Assembly: GCA_965369655.1 (NCBI GenBank)
Contig: CBDUQR010000007.1
Span: forward strand, 17,031 to 81,030
Direction of reading: 5' to 3'
DNA from: an uncultured bacterium
Lineage (GTDB): Bacteria; Zixibacteria; MSB-5A5; JAABVY01; JAHJOQ01
DNA: 64,000 bases
This document shows, one piece after another, positions 20,451 through 29,844 of the stretch. The notes under the pieces are model-generated. The model was not told the origin of the DNA. It was given only the letters and a program-made list of their open reading frames with translations, and made no database searches. How positions within the stretch are numbered: position 1 is the stretch's first letter; every line of letters begins with the position of its first letter. Both the position numbers and the translations under genes were made by a program.

Positions 20451-20498
20451 GTCATTCCGGTGCAAACCCTTCGCTCTGCTCAGGACCCGCCGGAATCC
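20451..20498. repeat. REP-like hairpin with nested CCCTTCG..CTCAGGAC module
   Basis: gtcattccgg-tgcaaa-cccttcgctctgctcaggac-ccg-ccggaatcc. Confidence 0.55.
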
Positions 20499-20582
20499 AT
20501 CTTTCTTATTGTGTGCCGTGCACGAGCGCGGGTACATTGAACAATGCGCATCGACGTTGGTTATACAACAAAAGGAGTGTAC

Positions 20583-20948
20583 ATGGGATTATTCAAGAAT
20601 CTATTCAACAGGCAACCCAAACCGGGTGAGCCTCGACCCGTAACTGACGAATCTTTCGAACAGGATATCCTTGCATCGGATATTCCGGCTGTGGTTGATT
20701 TCTGGTCGGCCAAGTGTCCGCCATGTCAGGTAATGGGAGGGCTGCTTGACGAAATCGGCCCGGACTATGCCGGGCGCGTGAACATCTTCAAATTGAATGT
20801 CGATCAGAATCCGCAGACTGCAATGCAGTATCAGATTCGGAGCATTCCTACGGTTATTCTCTTTCGCAAAGGAAGAGCCATAGATCGGATCGTAGGGCTT
20901 CTGCCTCTCAATCCTCTGAGGCAGAAATTTGACAAGCTTGCGGGATAA
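20583..20948 (+). CDS. Thioredoxin family protein
   Basis: VVDFWSAKCPPC, KLNVDQNP, IRSIPT; SD AAGGAG. Confidence 0.92.
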   Translation: MGLFKNLFNRQPKPGEPRPVTDESFEQDILASDIPAVVDFWSAKCPPCQVMGGLLDEIGPDYAGRVNIFKLNVDQNPQTAMQYQIRSIPTVILFRKGRAIDRIVGLLPLNPLRQKFDKLAG

Positions 20949-20966
20949 CTTGTCAAATTACCCCTC

Positions 20967-21455
20967 TTAATCAGTTGGGTAGGGACCGACGGATGTTTCA
21001 CTATCCAATAGATCTGAGATTGGTCCATTATCATTATGTGGTATTCTATAAGGCTGTTCTAAGTATGCTAATGAAGTACCCAGAGCGGTGGCTTTGATAT
21101 AATGATCGTCAACTCCCTTTTCCAATGTGAGTCTGATTGGAGAGTCTTTTGTATTATGAGTATATACTTGTACCGTTTTGTTGAAATGTGGTTCACCGCC
21201 CGGATGTTTGTGATCTTGGTATGTGAACACGAAATAGGTTTTTCCTTGAGGTGTAATATCCCCAATTTGACCTTCCTGCCAGGCCGTGGCCACAAGCATT
21301 TTGCACGTGTTGGAACTCGGTTGACGTTGGGGATCATCCTCTTGTAGAAATACAGGATATTCATTTACGAATTTTCGGAAATATCCTGGTCTCACAACCG
21401 ATCCTGCTGATGAAAAGAAATCCTCATTCTTCAAAATTGTTGGTCTATATTCCAT
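20967..21455 (-). CDS. Hypothetical protein
   Basis: 162-aa ORF with SD GGGAG in an AT-rich block; no family recognised. Confidence 0.55.
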   Translation of the reverse strand: MEYRPTILKNEDFFSSAGSVVRPGYFRKFVNEYPVFLQEDDPQRQPSSNTCKMLVATAWQEGQIGDITPQGKTYFVFTYQDHKHPGGEPHFNKTVQVYTHNTKDSPIRLTLEKGVDDHYIKATALGTSLAYLEQPYRIPHNDNGPISDLLDSETSVGPYPTD

Positions 21456-21592
21456 AACTGCTCCCTCTCAATAGAATAAGGAATTCAACAGTCCTGATTT
21501 CCTCTTGTGCCAAGTCGATTAACCTTCTTGTTCAGGCATGAGTGGGACTCACCTGTCCTACTAGACTTCATCTTAATGCAAATCCATACGAA

Positions 21593-22723
21593 TCACGGTG
21601 TAACTGGTGCATCAGACTCAATGAACTCTGGATCGTAAATATCCTCAACCGGTGAAATGCCGAGGTAGCCACCCAACATCCCAGTTGACTGATCAAACAA
21701 GTTTTGATCAGGGTATTGGCTAAACTTGAAGTAAGCTGCCAAACCGGATTCATCCCCAGTTAGGCAATTGTACATATTAGTTTGAATTTCTTCTTGAGAT
21801 CGAACGTAGTTCCAGATGCGTACCTCATCAATAGTGCCGCGGAGGGATTCTCCCAGAACGTTATTGTTGCCGAGGACTATTACTCCATCTGTATCTGCAA
21901 TAGGGGTAGTGTACGGACTCGTTGCTACAGGTTCACCCGAAACATAGAGAACACCTCCAACATCGCTATATGTCCAAGAAATATGAACCCATTGCAATGA
22001 AGGGAGTGATCCATAATACACCGCTTGGCTAATCTGCGGATACTTGTATGCTCGAAGCATCCCAGTGCTATAGTGAATCTTGAACGCCCAGTCATTGCTG
22101 GTATTTTTCTGACTGATCAGAGTCCGGGTAATTCCGCTTACCCAATCAGAGTTTACCCACATCTCAACCGTTATGCCGGCACTAAAATCAAAAGCAGCTT
22201 GATCAGGAATAGTGATCATGCGTTCTGATCCATCGAAGAATATCGCAAAGTCGGGCACATATACGTCCGCTGTGAAATCAACGTATAGAGAATCTGCAGT
22301 AAATACTGTTGCTCTAACTACATTCGTCTCTGGCGTGTAGCCCAACATATATAGTGCATCGCTGAATCCCTGATCATCAGTAACTATCATTTGGTCTGAA
22401 ATAATACCCAATCCGGAGATAACTTCCCAAGCAATGGGCACGTTGTCGAGCGGTTGCATAGTTGAATCGAGAACTTGGATTACGAACGGTTCGCTAAGAA
22501 GCGTATTCAAACTATCAATTTGTCCATCACCTGAGATCAAAGTGATTCTGGCAGGAGGTGGAGCGGAACAAGGTGGTGGTCCTGATGCGAAAATGTACTG
22601 GATTGTGTATACGACATCGTCAATATCCACAATATCATCACAATTAACATCACCGTTTGGGATTTCTGCGAAAACACATGTCGCGGTCAACAACGACGCT
22701 AAAATCAGTGTCAGGCATCTCAT
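21593..22723 (-). CDS. Secreted protein: N-terminal single dockerin-like repeat, Ig-like domain, LamG-like jellyroll
   Basis: GDVNCDDIVDIDDVVYTIQYIFASGPPP; ITLISGDGQ..PFVIQV; TVEMWV...W.H...GTIDEVRIWN.VRSQEEI. Confidence 0.85.
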   Translation of the reverse strand: MRCLTLILASLLTATCVFAEIPNGDVNCDDIVDIDDVVYTIQYIFASGPPPCSAPPPARITLISGDGQIDSLNTLLSEPFVIQVLDSTMQPLDNVPIAWEVISGLGIISDQMIVTDDQGFSDALYMLGYTPETNVVRATVFTADSLYVDFTADVYVPDFAIFFDGSERMITIPDQAAFDFSAGITVEMWVNSDWVSGITRTLISQKNTSNDWAFKIHYSTGMLRAYKYPQISQAVYYGSLPSLQWVHISWTYSDVGGVLYVSGEPVATSPYTTPIADTDGVIVLGNNNVLGESLRGTIDEVRIWNYVRSQEEIQTNMYNCLTGDESGLAAYFKFSQYPDQNLFDQSTGMLGGYLGISPVEDIYDPEFIESDAPVTP

Positions 22724-22825
22724 GATTCTCTCCCGCTTATATTCTGGACAAATTGGTACAGGTCTAATATAGCAGAATCAGTTCGTAAGTCAATGGAATC
22801 CACGATGGTTCCGCCAAAGTTTTGC

Positions 22826-22853
22826 TTGACAGCATTGTTGATTGGGGTATATT
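22826..22853 (+). promoter_or_regulatory. Sigma70 promoter of rpsU operon
   Basis: TTGACA-N16-TATATT. Confidence 0.7.
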
Positions 22854-22913
22854 CGGGAGGAAATTGTAACGTAAAGTTATGTCCTCTTTGGCGTTGGAAG
22901 GAGGTGAATTCAT

Positions 22914-23111
22914 TTGCCAGGTGTTAGAGTTCGTGATGATGAATCGTTTGAGAAAGCTCTGAGACGTTTTAACAAGTTCTGCGAGAAAAGCGGAGTCCTG
23001 TCGGACATCAAGAAGAATCAGCATTTTGAAAAACCCTCCGACCGTAGGAAACGCAAGATAAATGCGGCGAAACGCAAAGCTCGCCGCTCGAAAATTAAAC
23101 CGAGAAGATAG
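22914..23111 (+). CDS. rpsU: 30S ribosomal protein S21
   Basis: ESFEKALRRF.K.CEKSG...HFEKPS; TTG start after SD GGAGGTG. Confidence 0.97.
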   Translation: MPGVRVRDDESFEKALRRFNKFCEKSGVLSDIKKNQHFEKPSDRRKRKINAAKRKARRSKIKPRR

Positions 23112-23135
23112 TCGATCCACGGAGCAGGTGATCCG

Positions 23136-23579
23136 ATGAGCATCGTGGACAAAATCAATTCCGACCTGGTCGCTGCCATGAAGGGCAAAGAGCGCGACCG
23201 GGTGACCGAGTTGCGGAGCCTGAAGTCGGCGATCAAATATCGTCAGATCGACAAAGGCTCGGATCTCACGGATGATGATGTTATCCAGGTGCTTTCATCT
23301 GTTGCGAGGAAGCATAGAGACTCTATCGAGCAGTACGAGAAGGGAGGCAGGGCTGATCTCGTTGAAAGCGAGAAAGCCGAGCTTGAGATCGTAGTGCAGT
23401 ATCTGCCCGAGCAGCTCGGACCCGACGAGGTCGGGAAGCTGGTCGATGAGGTGATCGAGGAGCTTGGAGTCTCGAATGCATCGGATTTCGGTGCTGTGAT
23501 GAAGACTGTCATGCCGAAGGTGAAAGGGCGCGCCGACGGCAAGCTGGTCAGGGAGATAGTCACAAAAAGGCTGTCGTGA
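23136..23579 (+). CDS. yqeY: GatB/YqeY domain protein
   Basis: DLVAAMK...DSIEQY..GGR.DL...E..EL.....YLPEQL...G.VMK......GRADG. Confidence 0.95.
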   Translation: MSIVDKINSDLVAAMKGKERDRVTELRSLKSAIKYRQIDKGSDLTDDDVIQVLSSVARKHRDSIEQYEKGGRADLVESEKAELEIVVQYLPEQLGPDEVGKLVDEVIEELGVSNASDFGAVMKTVMPKVKGRADGKLVREIVTKRLS

Positions 23580-23635
23580 GTATCAGTCGTTGATTCGACG
23601 ACTGGGTTGATGATAAGAGAGCAGGGAGGCTGTGT

Positions 23636-24289
23636 ATGAACTGGTTCGATATCGCACTGGTAGCACTATTGCTCGTCACAATGAGCATCGGTTCGAAAAA
23701 GGGGCTGATCCGTGAGTTGATGGCGTTCTTCGCGCTCGTGCTGGGTGTCGTCGTCACGATCAACAACGTGGATTTCATCGCGCTGGAGGTTGCGCGGCAT
23801 ATCAACGCATCTCCGATCATTATCGGTACAATATCCTTCGTCGTGTTGCTCGCGGTGCTGTACGGCGTGTTCAGGCTTGCAGGATTCGTCTTCTATAAAG
23901 TGGGCGATCTGCAGAAGCTCGGAAAGCGGGATAAGATCGGCGGTGCGGTTATGGGCGCTGTCAGAGGCTGGGTTGTCCTTGGCCTTGTCCTGTTTCTGGT
24001 GACACTCCTGCCGATGCCGAGCGCGTACTACAGGGCTGTCGACGATTCAATCCTGACCGGGCCGATGATGCGGACGATGCCGCTTCTGTTCGATGGAACT
24101 GCGGCTCTGCATCCGAGGAGCGGGTCTTTTGTCGAGACGATCGAGGAGTCGGTCAGCCAGACCAATCTGGTGTTGCAGATGCATCACAAGGCGACATATT
24201 CCGATCCATCTTCCAGATTGCAGCGCCGCGACGGCCTGGACATGGTGCTGAACAATCTCGATAAGTACTTCAGGGACCAACTGCCGTAG
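23636..24289 (+). CDS. cvpA: CvpA family membrane protein
   Basis: MNWFDI....KKGLIREL; DKIGGAVMGAVRG; four TM segments. Confidence 0.85.
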   Translation: MNWFDIALVALLLVTMSIGSKKGLIRELMAFFALVLGVVVTINNVDFIALEVARHINASPIIIGTISFVVLLAVLYGVFRLAGFVFYKVGDLQKLGKRDKIGGAVMGAVRGWVVLGLVLFLVTLLPMPSAYYRAVDDSILTGPMMRTMPLLFDGTAALHPRSGSFVETIEESVSQTNLVLQMHHKATYSDPSSRLQRRDGLDMVLNNLDKYFRDQLP

Positions 24290-24427
24290 CTGGCAGAATT
24301 GTAGGCCAAGCGGCCTGTCCGCTTGACACGAGCAAGAAATGTCAATCGGGCGGGCCGATTGACCTACTTCAATGGCAGAACCGCTCCGTTTCACATCGGA
24401 TTCTGCTCTACTCGACTGGAGACTCCA

Positions 24428-26185
24428 TCAGGTTTCCTGGCGCAGACGGTTGATTCTTGACAGCAGTTCTTCTATTTCGTCGTCGTCACCGGCGGCCTGC
24501 GCGTCTCGCAGTCTCGCCATATACTCGCTGAGTTGCACGTCCCTGTATACTTCGCGCAGTCTTATCATATACTCGGCCAGGGTAATTTCCGGGTCTCCGA
24601 ACTCCTGCCCCGAGTTCATCAGTCGTGTGAGCGTCTGCCTGCTTTCGTCTGATTCAATCCTGTCGACAAGCTTCGAGAAGTAGCTATCCGGTGGACTATT
24701 GCCGATCAGGCGTATCGCGGTACGGAGAATATCTCCGAGATGATTATCGGTAAAGTCATCGGGATTGATCTCGTCAGTCACTTGTTCGATAAGATGCGGA
24801 TTAGACAGCAGCAGTCTGACGATCTCCTCTTCGAGGTCATTCTTCGATGATGCGATCCTTCCTGCATATGCAGCGACCGGTCTTCCTGGCTTTTCAGGTT
24901 TGATACTGCGACTGAGAATTTCTTCGGATATTCCATACACATTGGAAATCTCTTTAAGCATGAGTGCGCGCAGGACTTCATCGGCAATCAGGCCAACCAA
25001 TCGAAGTTGAGATTTCAGGAGCGCCTGCTGTCCGGCCCGGTTCATGTTTTCATACGGCGGATCGGCTGCTTCTTTGATGAAGCGGAAATAGCTGCCGGCA
25101 TTCCTGATCAGTTCGGTCAGACTCTCGCTGCCCTCCCGCCTGATGAACGAATCGGGATCATCGCCGGCCGGCAGGCATGCCACTCGGACATCGATCTCGA
25201 CCGCGAACAAGTGTTCGGCGCAGCGTTCGGCGGCGCTAATTCCGGCGGCGTCGGCATCGAAGAGCAATGCGACCGAATCGGCGTATCGCCTGAGAAGCAG
25301 CGCATGGTCTTTCGTAAACGATGTGCCCGAAGCCGCTACTGCGTTCCTGACGCCTGACTGGTACAGGGAGAGGAAGTCCATGTATCCCTCAACGATCAGC
25401 GCCTCCCGTCGGCTTCTGATCTCTGCGCGGGAATGGCTGAGGCCGTACAGCACTCTGCTTTTGTTGTAGAGCGGGCTGTCGGGAGAATTCATATACTTGA
25501 TGCTGTCCTGTGACGACAATGCTCTCGCGCCGAAACCGATCACGCGGCGGGAGAAGTCGAATATCGGGAACATCAGGCGTTGTCGGAAGCGATCGTAGAC
25601 GCCGTCGCCCGATTCCCTGCGAATCACCAGACCGGCGTCGAGAAGTTCCTTTTCCTTGAAATCCTTCGCTCTCAGCGCAGTCAGAAGATTATCCCAGCCG
25701 TCCGGGGCATATCCGATCTGGAACTCGGCTATTGTCTCGTCATCTATGCCGCGCTTCTCAATGACGTATTCGAGCACACGTTTGCCGTCTTCCGACTGGT
25801 GCAGCATGTCGGCGAAGAAGGCCGTCGCCTGTTCGTTGGCGAAGTAGAGCCGTGCGTATCTGTCGGCGACACCCGGATCACGCTTCGCTTCGGGGAGCGG
25901 GATGTTCGCCCGTTTGGCGAGATACTTCACCGCATCAGGGAAAGACATCTGTTCGTGTTCCATGAGAAACGTGAGGACATTGCCGCCTTTTCCGCAACCG
26001 AAACAGTGATATATCTGTTTGTCCTGCGACACAGAGAACGACGGCGTTTTCTCGTGATGGAAAGGGCAGAGGCAGATATGATTCCGCCCACGCTTCTTGA
26101 GAGGCAGAAACTCCATGAGCACATCGATGATGTCCGAAGCATCGCGGACCTGGTCGATGACGCTTTCTGAATACAGCGGCGACAT
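24428..26185 (-). CDS. dnaG: DNA primase
   Basis: CPFHHEKTPSF..HCFGC zinc finger, YDRFRQRLMFPI, KYMNSP, VEGYMD, FDADAAG, DPD; true start MSPLYSES. Confidence 0.97.
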   Translation of the reverse strand: MSPLYSESVIDQVRDASDIIDVLMEFLPLKKRGRNHICLCPFHHEKTPSFSVSQDKQIYHCFGCGKGGNVLTFLMEHEQMSFPDAVKYLAKRANIPLPEAKRDPGVADRYARLYFANEQATAFFADMLHQSEDGKRVLEYVIEKRGIDDETIAEFQIGYAPDGWDNLLTALRAKDFKEKELLDAGLVIRRESGDGVYDRFRQRLMFPIFDFSRRVIGFGARALSSQDSIKYMNSPDSPLYNKSRVLYGLSHSRAEIRSRREALIVEGYMDFLSLYQSGVRNAVAASGTSFTKDHALLLRRYADSVALLFDADAAGISAAERCAEHLFAVEIDVRVACLPAGDDPDSFIRREGSESLTELIRNAGSYFRFIKEAADPPYENMNRAGQQALLKSQLRLVGLIADEVLRALMLKEISNVYGISEEILSRSIKPEKPGRPVAAYAGRIASSKNDLEEEIVRLLLSNPHLIEQVTDEINPDDFTDNHLGDILRTAIRLIGNSPPDSYFSKLVDRIESDESRQTLTRLMNSGQEFGDPEITLAEYMIRLREVYRDVQLSEYMARLRDAQAAGDDDEIEELLSRINRLRQET

Positions 26186-26191
26186 GGTATG

Positions 26192-26220
26192 AATATATGA
26201 GTTGGCGATTAGAGTGTCAA
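26192..26220 (-). promoter_or_regulatory. Sigma70 promoter giving an apparently leaderless dnaG mRNA
   Basis: TTGACA-N17-TATATT-N6-ATG, no SD. Confidence 0.75.
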
Positions 26221-26243
26221 TCACATGGGGAGAATGATTTTGG

Positions 26244-26271
26244 TTGCACTTGGCCGGTTGGCGCATAGATT
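26244..26271 (+). promoter_or_regulatory. Divergent sigma70 promoter, apparently leaderless hydrolase operon
   Basis: TTGCAC-N16-TAGATT-N7-ATG(26279). Confidence 0.55.
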
Positions 26272-26278
26272 TAGGCCG

Positions 26279-27115
26279 ATGGAGCCGGTAGAATACATTG
26301 ATGTCGACGGCATCAGGATTGCATACACATTGAGTGGCGACGGCAAACCGCTCGTGTTCCTGCACGGGTTCACATATTCGAGTTACAGCTTCAGGCACAA
26401 CATACCGATTCTCTCGAAGTTCTCCCGGATGATCTGTCCCGATCTCGTTGGGCACGGTAAGTCGGACAAGCCGGGCTGGTTTGATTACAGTCTGCCGAAT
26501 CAGGCGTTGCTGCTCCGCAGATTCTGCGAAGAGCTCGACCTCGAGAAAATCGATCTTGGTGGTTGCTCGATGGGTGGTGCACTCGCTATGCAGTTCGCAC
26601 TTACTTATCCGGATATCGTAGATCGCCTTATACTCATCGACTCTGCCGGGATCGATGACGACGTGAGATCGTCAGCCAGGTATCTCGACATCCCGATTCT
26701 CGGATATGTCTTCACGCTGATTGCGACTGTCCGTTTCAGGCGAAGCACGCGGTACCGTATGACTTTGGACGAGGAACATGATAGTGAATATGACGATTAT
26801 CTGGGTGAACTCGGAAGCCTGTCATCTCTTTTTGCGGGCATGCGGAACCTGCGAGCGAACAGGACATTCAGGATCGATGGGATCGAGAGAATCACGCAGA
26901 AGACACTGATCGTGTGGGGAGAAAATGACGAGCTGTTTTCTTTAGATACGGCTCGCATGATGGCAAAGAGTATTCCGAACTCCAGATTGATACTCCTGCC
27001 GGATGCGGGGCATCTTCCGAACGAGGAGAAGCCGGCTGATTTCAACCAGGTCGTGGTCGACTTCCTGCTCGATAGGATACCATGGCCGATGGATCGCGAG
27101 CGGTATCATGAATGA
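26279..27115 (+). CDS. Alpha/beta fold hydrolase
   Basis: LVFLHGF, DLVGHGKS, GCSMGG nucleophile elbow, WGEND, AGHLP. Confidence 0.92.
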   Translation: MEPVEYIDVDGIRIAYTLSGDGKPLVFLHGFTYSSYSFRHNIPILSKFSRMICPDLVGHGKSDKPGWFDYSLPNQALLLRRFCEELDLEKIDLGGCSMGGALAMQFALTYPDIVDRLILIDSAGIDDDVRSSARYLDIPILGYVFTLIATVRFRRSTRYRMTLDEEHDSEYDDYLGELGSLSSLFAGMRNLRANRTFRIDGIERITQKTLIVWGENDELFSLDTARMMAKSIPNSRLILLPDAGHLPNEEKPADFNQVVVDFLLDRIPWPMDRERYHE

Positions 27116-27758
27116 ACATCGAATCGAACCTGAGATCACCATGCTCTCAGTCGGAATGCTCGAGGTCAACTGCATACTGGTCTGCGACCCGACGAGTCGT
27201 AAGGCGATTGTGGTCGATCCGGGCGACGAGGCCGAAAGAATAGCAGGCGAAACCGAACGACTTGACATTACGGCTGAATTGATCGTCGTTACGCATGGCC
27301 ATGGCGATCACATCGGCGCTGTGGATGAACTGAGAAAACTTCTCTCCGTGCCGGTTGCGACAGGCAGGAAAGACGCCGACATGTTTACCGACGCGAATCT
27401 CAATCTATCCGCCGGGCTGGGACTGAAGCTGGAACTTGCGCCCGCAGACATCCTGCTCTATGACGGCGACAAGGTTCGGTGCGGCGATATCGAGTTCGAC
27501 GTGATCGACACGCCGGGACACACTGTCGGCAGCATTTCGCTGGTGTATGGCGGGCATGCAATCGTGGGTGATGTGATATTCCAGGGATCGATCGGTCGGA
27601 CCGATCTGCCCGGCGGATCGTTCGAGACGCTGCTTTGTTCAATCAAAGAGAAAATACTGACTCTGCCGGACGAGACAATCATCTATCCCGGTCATGGTCC
27701 GGCGACGACTGTTGGATCGGAGAGAAGGACCAATCCATTTATTGTCGGAGAATATTAA
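27108..27758 (+). CDS. MBL-fold metallo-hydrolase (glyoxalase II/YcbL-like)
   Basis: THGHGDHIG, TPGHT.G, GDVIF.GSIGRTDLPGG, YPGHG. Confidence 0.93.
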   Translation: MNEHRIEPEITMLSVGMLEVNCILVCDPTSRKAIVVDPGDEAERIAGETERLDITAELIVVTHGHGDHIGAVDELRKLLSVPVATGRKDADMFTDANLNLSAGLGLKLELAPADILLYDGDKVRCGDIEFDVIDTPGHTVGSISLVYGGHAIVGDVIFQGSIGRTDLPGGSFETLLCSIKEKILTLPDETIIYPGHGPATTVGSERRTNPFIVGEY

Positions 27759-28588
27759 TGTCATTTATGTACCCGATGACCGACGCGCATGTTCATCCCG
27801 ATTTCTCGATAGACTCGAAGGGATCGATTGAGGAATACTGCAACAGAGCGCTCGAGCTTGGGCTGGTTGAGATCATCTTCACGACTCACGTAAACACCAA
27901 TCCGAACTTCCCCGACCGAAGCATGATGCTGGTGGATGGCAGGCGCGTACCAACGTCTGTCGACTCGATCAAGCGATATGCCGATGATGTCTGGAGCGCG
28001 CGCGAGAAATACTACGAAATCGGACTGATGGTAAAATGCGGCGTCGAGGTCGATTTCTTCCCTGAGATCTCCGACGAGATTCTAAGGGCGCTCGAAGATA
28101 GGTTGATCGAATACAGACTTGTGGGAGTCCACCGAATCGACGGACTTACATTTGGGAACAAGGGTGAAACACTCAAGCTGTATGACAGGTATGGTGTCCC
28201 GGAGCTTCTTGAAAAGTACTACGCGCTCGTGAAGCAGGCATCCACATACAGACTATTCGATTCTGTTGCGCATCTCGATTACTACAGAAGATACGCCCCG
28301 GAAGATAAGCTCGATGAAGTCATGCGAATTGATTTCGACTTCATCGATGATACTCTGGAATCGCTTGTTGAGAATGAAATCAGTATCGAAGTCAACACGT
28401 CGGCATTGAGGCATGGCCACAAGGAATACTATCCCAGTATGGCGCTTCTGAACAAAGTTCGGAAAGCGGGAGTCCTGATCCGCTACCTCGGATCGGATGC
28501 ACACTCTCCCGAACATCTGGCTCACGACTTCGACAACGGCGAATTGATTGTCTATGAAACAAACGTCTATGATTTCGAGGAAGGTTGA
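27758..28588 (+). CDS. PHP-family phosphoesterase (histidinol-phosphatase HisJ-like)
   Basis: DAHVH, FTTH, GVEVDF, AHLD, IEVNTS, GSDAH. Confidence 0.85.
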   Translation: MSFMYPMTDAHVHPDFSIDSKGSIEEYCNRALELGLVEIIFTTHVNTNPNFPDRSMMLVDGRRVPTSVDSIKRYADDVWSAREKYYEIGLMVKCGVEVDFFPEISDEILRALEDRLIEYRLVGVHRIDGLTFGNKGETLKLYDRYGVPELLEKYYALVKQASTYRLFDSVAHLDYYRRYAPEDKLDEVMRIDFDFIDDTLESLVENEISIEVNTSALRHGHKEYYPSMALLNKVRKAGVLIRYLGSDAHSPEHLAHDFDNGELIVYETNVYDFEEG

Positions 28589-29162
28589 GCGGTCCGCGCT
28601 GCCGCGTGACTTCTATGAACGTCCCACAAGAGAAGTCGCTCGTGATCTGATCGGGAAGATATTCGTTCGGCGCCTGAATGACATCTGGCTGAGCGGGCGA
28701 ATAGTCGAAGTCGAGGCGTACATCGGCGAGGATGATCCGGCATGCCATGCTCGATTCGGTCCCACGGATCGCAATCGCATTATGTATGGCAGGGGAGGGG
28801 TTACATACGTATATTTCATTTATGGAATGTACAGCATGCTCAATTTCGTCACCGAGCCGGAAGGCCGGGCGGCTGCCGTTTTGATCAGGGGGATTGAACC
28901 AATCGAAGGGCTGGAGACAATGATGCGATTGCGAGGTTGCGACAAGAGCGCGAACCTGACGAACGGTCCGGGGAAAATCTGCCAGGCGTTTTCGCTCGAC
29001 ACATCGCAGTCGGGGATAGATCTTACCGGCAGCGAGATGTTTGTGACCGAAGGCGACCGTGGACGGTTCTCGATTGCGACTTCTCCTCGCATCGGAATAA
29101 AGGATGGAACCGATCGCAAGTGGCGGTTTTACATTAAGGAAAACCCGTTCGTTTCGAAATGA
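28569..29162 (+). CDS. DNA-3-methyladenine glycosylase (MPG/AAG family)
   Basis: GRIVEVEAY.G.DDPACH, YVYFIYGMY, AVLIRGIEP, NGPGKIC, SPRIGI. Confidence 0.95.
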   Translation: MISRKVERSALPRDFYERPTREVARDLIGKIFVRRLNDIWLSGRIVEVEAYIGEDDPACHARFGPTDRNRIMYGRGGVTYVYFIYGMYSMLNFVTEPEGRAAAVLIRGIEPIEGLETMMRLRGCDKSANLTNGPGKICQAFSLDTSQSGIDLTGSEMFVTEGDRGRFSIATSPRIGIKDGTDRKWRFYIKENPFVSK

Positions 29163-29198
29163 GAATCGAATTGGATCGGAATATAGAGGAAAAACTGA

Positions 29199-29843
29199 AT
29201 GAGTCCTGAAATTGTCCATGCACTGATGGCAATTCCCATTTTCCTGTTTTCGCTCACGGTGCATGAATTCTCTCACGGGTACATCGCCTACAAGTTCGGT
29301 GATCCGACAGCGTTCAACGCCGGACGGTTGACGTTCAACCCGCTTCCGCATATCGATCCGATGGGGGCGCTTGTGTTCATCCTTTCCGGGTTCAGGTTCG
29401 GATGGGCGAAACCTGTGCCGATAATGCCACACTACTTCAGGGATTACAAAAAAGGCATTCTCTGGACTGCCGCTGCCGGACCGATATCGAATATGATTAT
29501 CGCGCTCGGATTCGGGATACTGTTCAGGTCGGTTCACGTCATGATCCCGGTCGGTCAGTTCTATGAGATCGCGTTGCGCTTTTGCGCTTACGGAGTTTTG
29601 ATAAACTGCGCACTCGCGTTTTTCAATATGATCCCCCTTCCGCCGCTGGATGGCTCCAAAGTCCTGTTCGGTTTGCTGCCGCACAAGTATGATCACATTG
29701 CTATCCAGCTCGAACGAATCGGACCGTTCGGATTGATGATCCTGATCGGAATCGGTTTCCTGACCGGTCACTCAGCTATCTGGATGATTATCGGACCATT
29801 CGTAGGATTCTTCTTCAGCTTCTTCACCGGTGTCCCGTATTAG
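29199..29843 (+). CDS. Site-2 protease family (M50) protein
   Basis: HEFSH, GDPTA...GRLTFNP..HIDP, AAGP.SN, FNMIPLPPLDG. Confidence 0.95.
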   Translation: MSPEIVHALMAIPIFLFSLTVHEFSHGYIAYKFGDPTAFNAGRLTFNPLPHIDPMGALVFILSGFRFGWAKPVPIMPHYFRDYKKGILWTAAAGPISNMIIALGFGILFRSVHVMIPVGQFYEIALRFCAYGVLINCALAFFNMIPLPPLDGSKVLFGLLPHKYDHIAIQLERIGPFGLMILIGIGFLTGHSAIWMIIGPFVGFFFSFFTGVPY

Positions 29844-29844
29844 C

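Noticed and set aside
26186..26455. 90-aa N-terminal extension of DnaG in the ORF track
   Set aside because: Overlaps the divergent hydrolase; a consensus promoter sits just before the ATG at 26185
28392..29771. 459-aa minus-strand ORF
   Set aside because: Antisense shadow of the clear MPG and M50 genes; no motifs recognised
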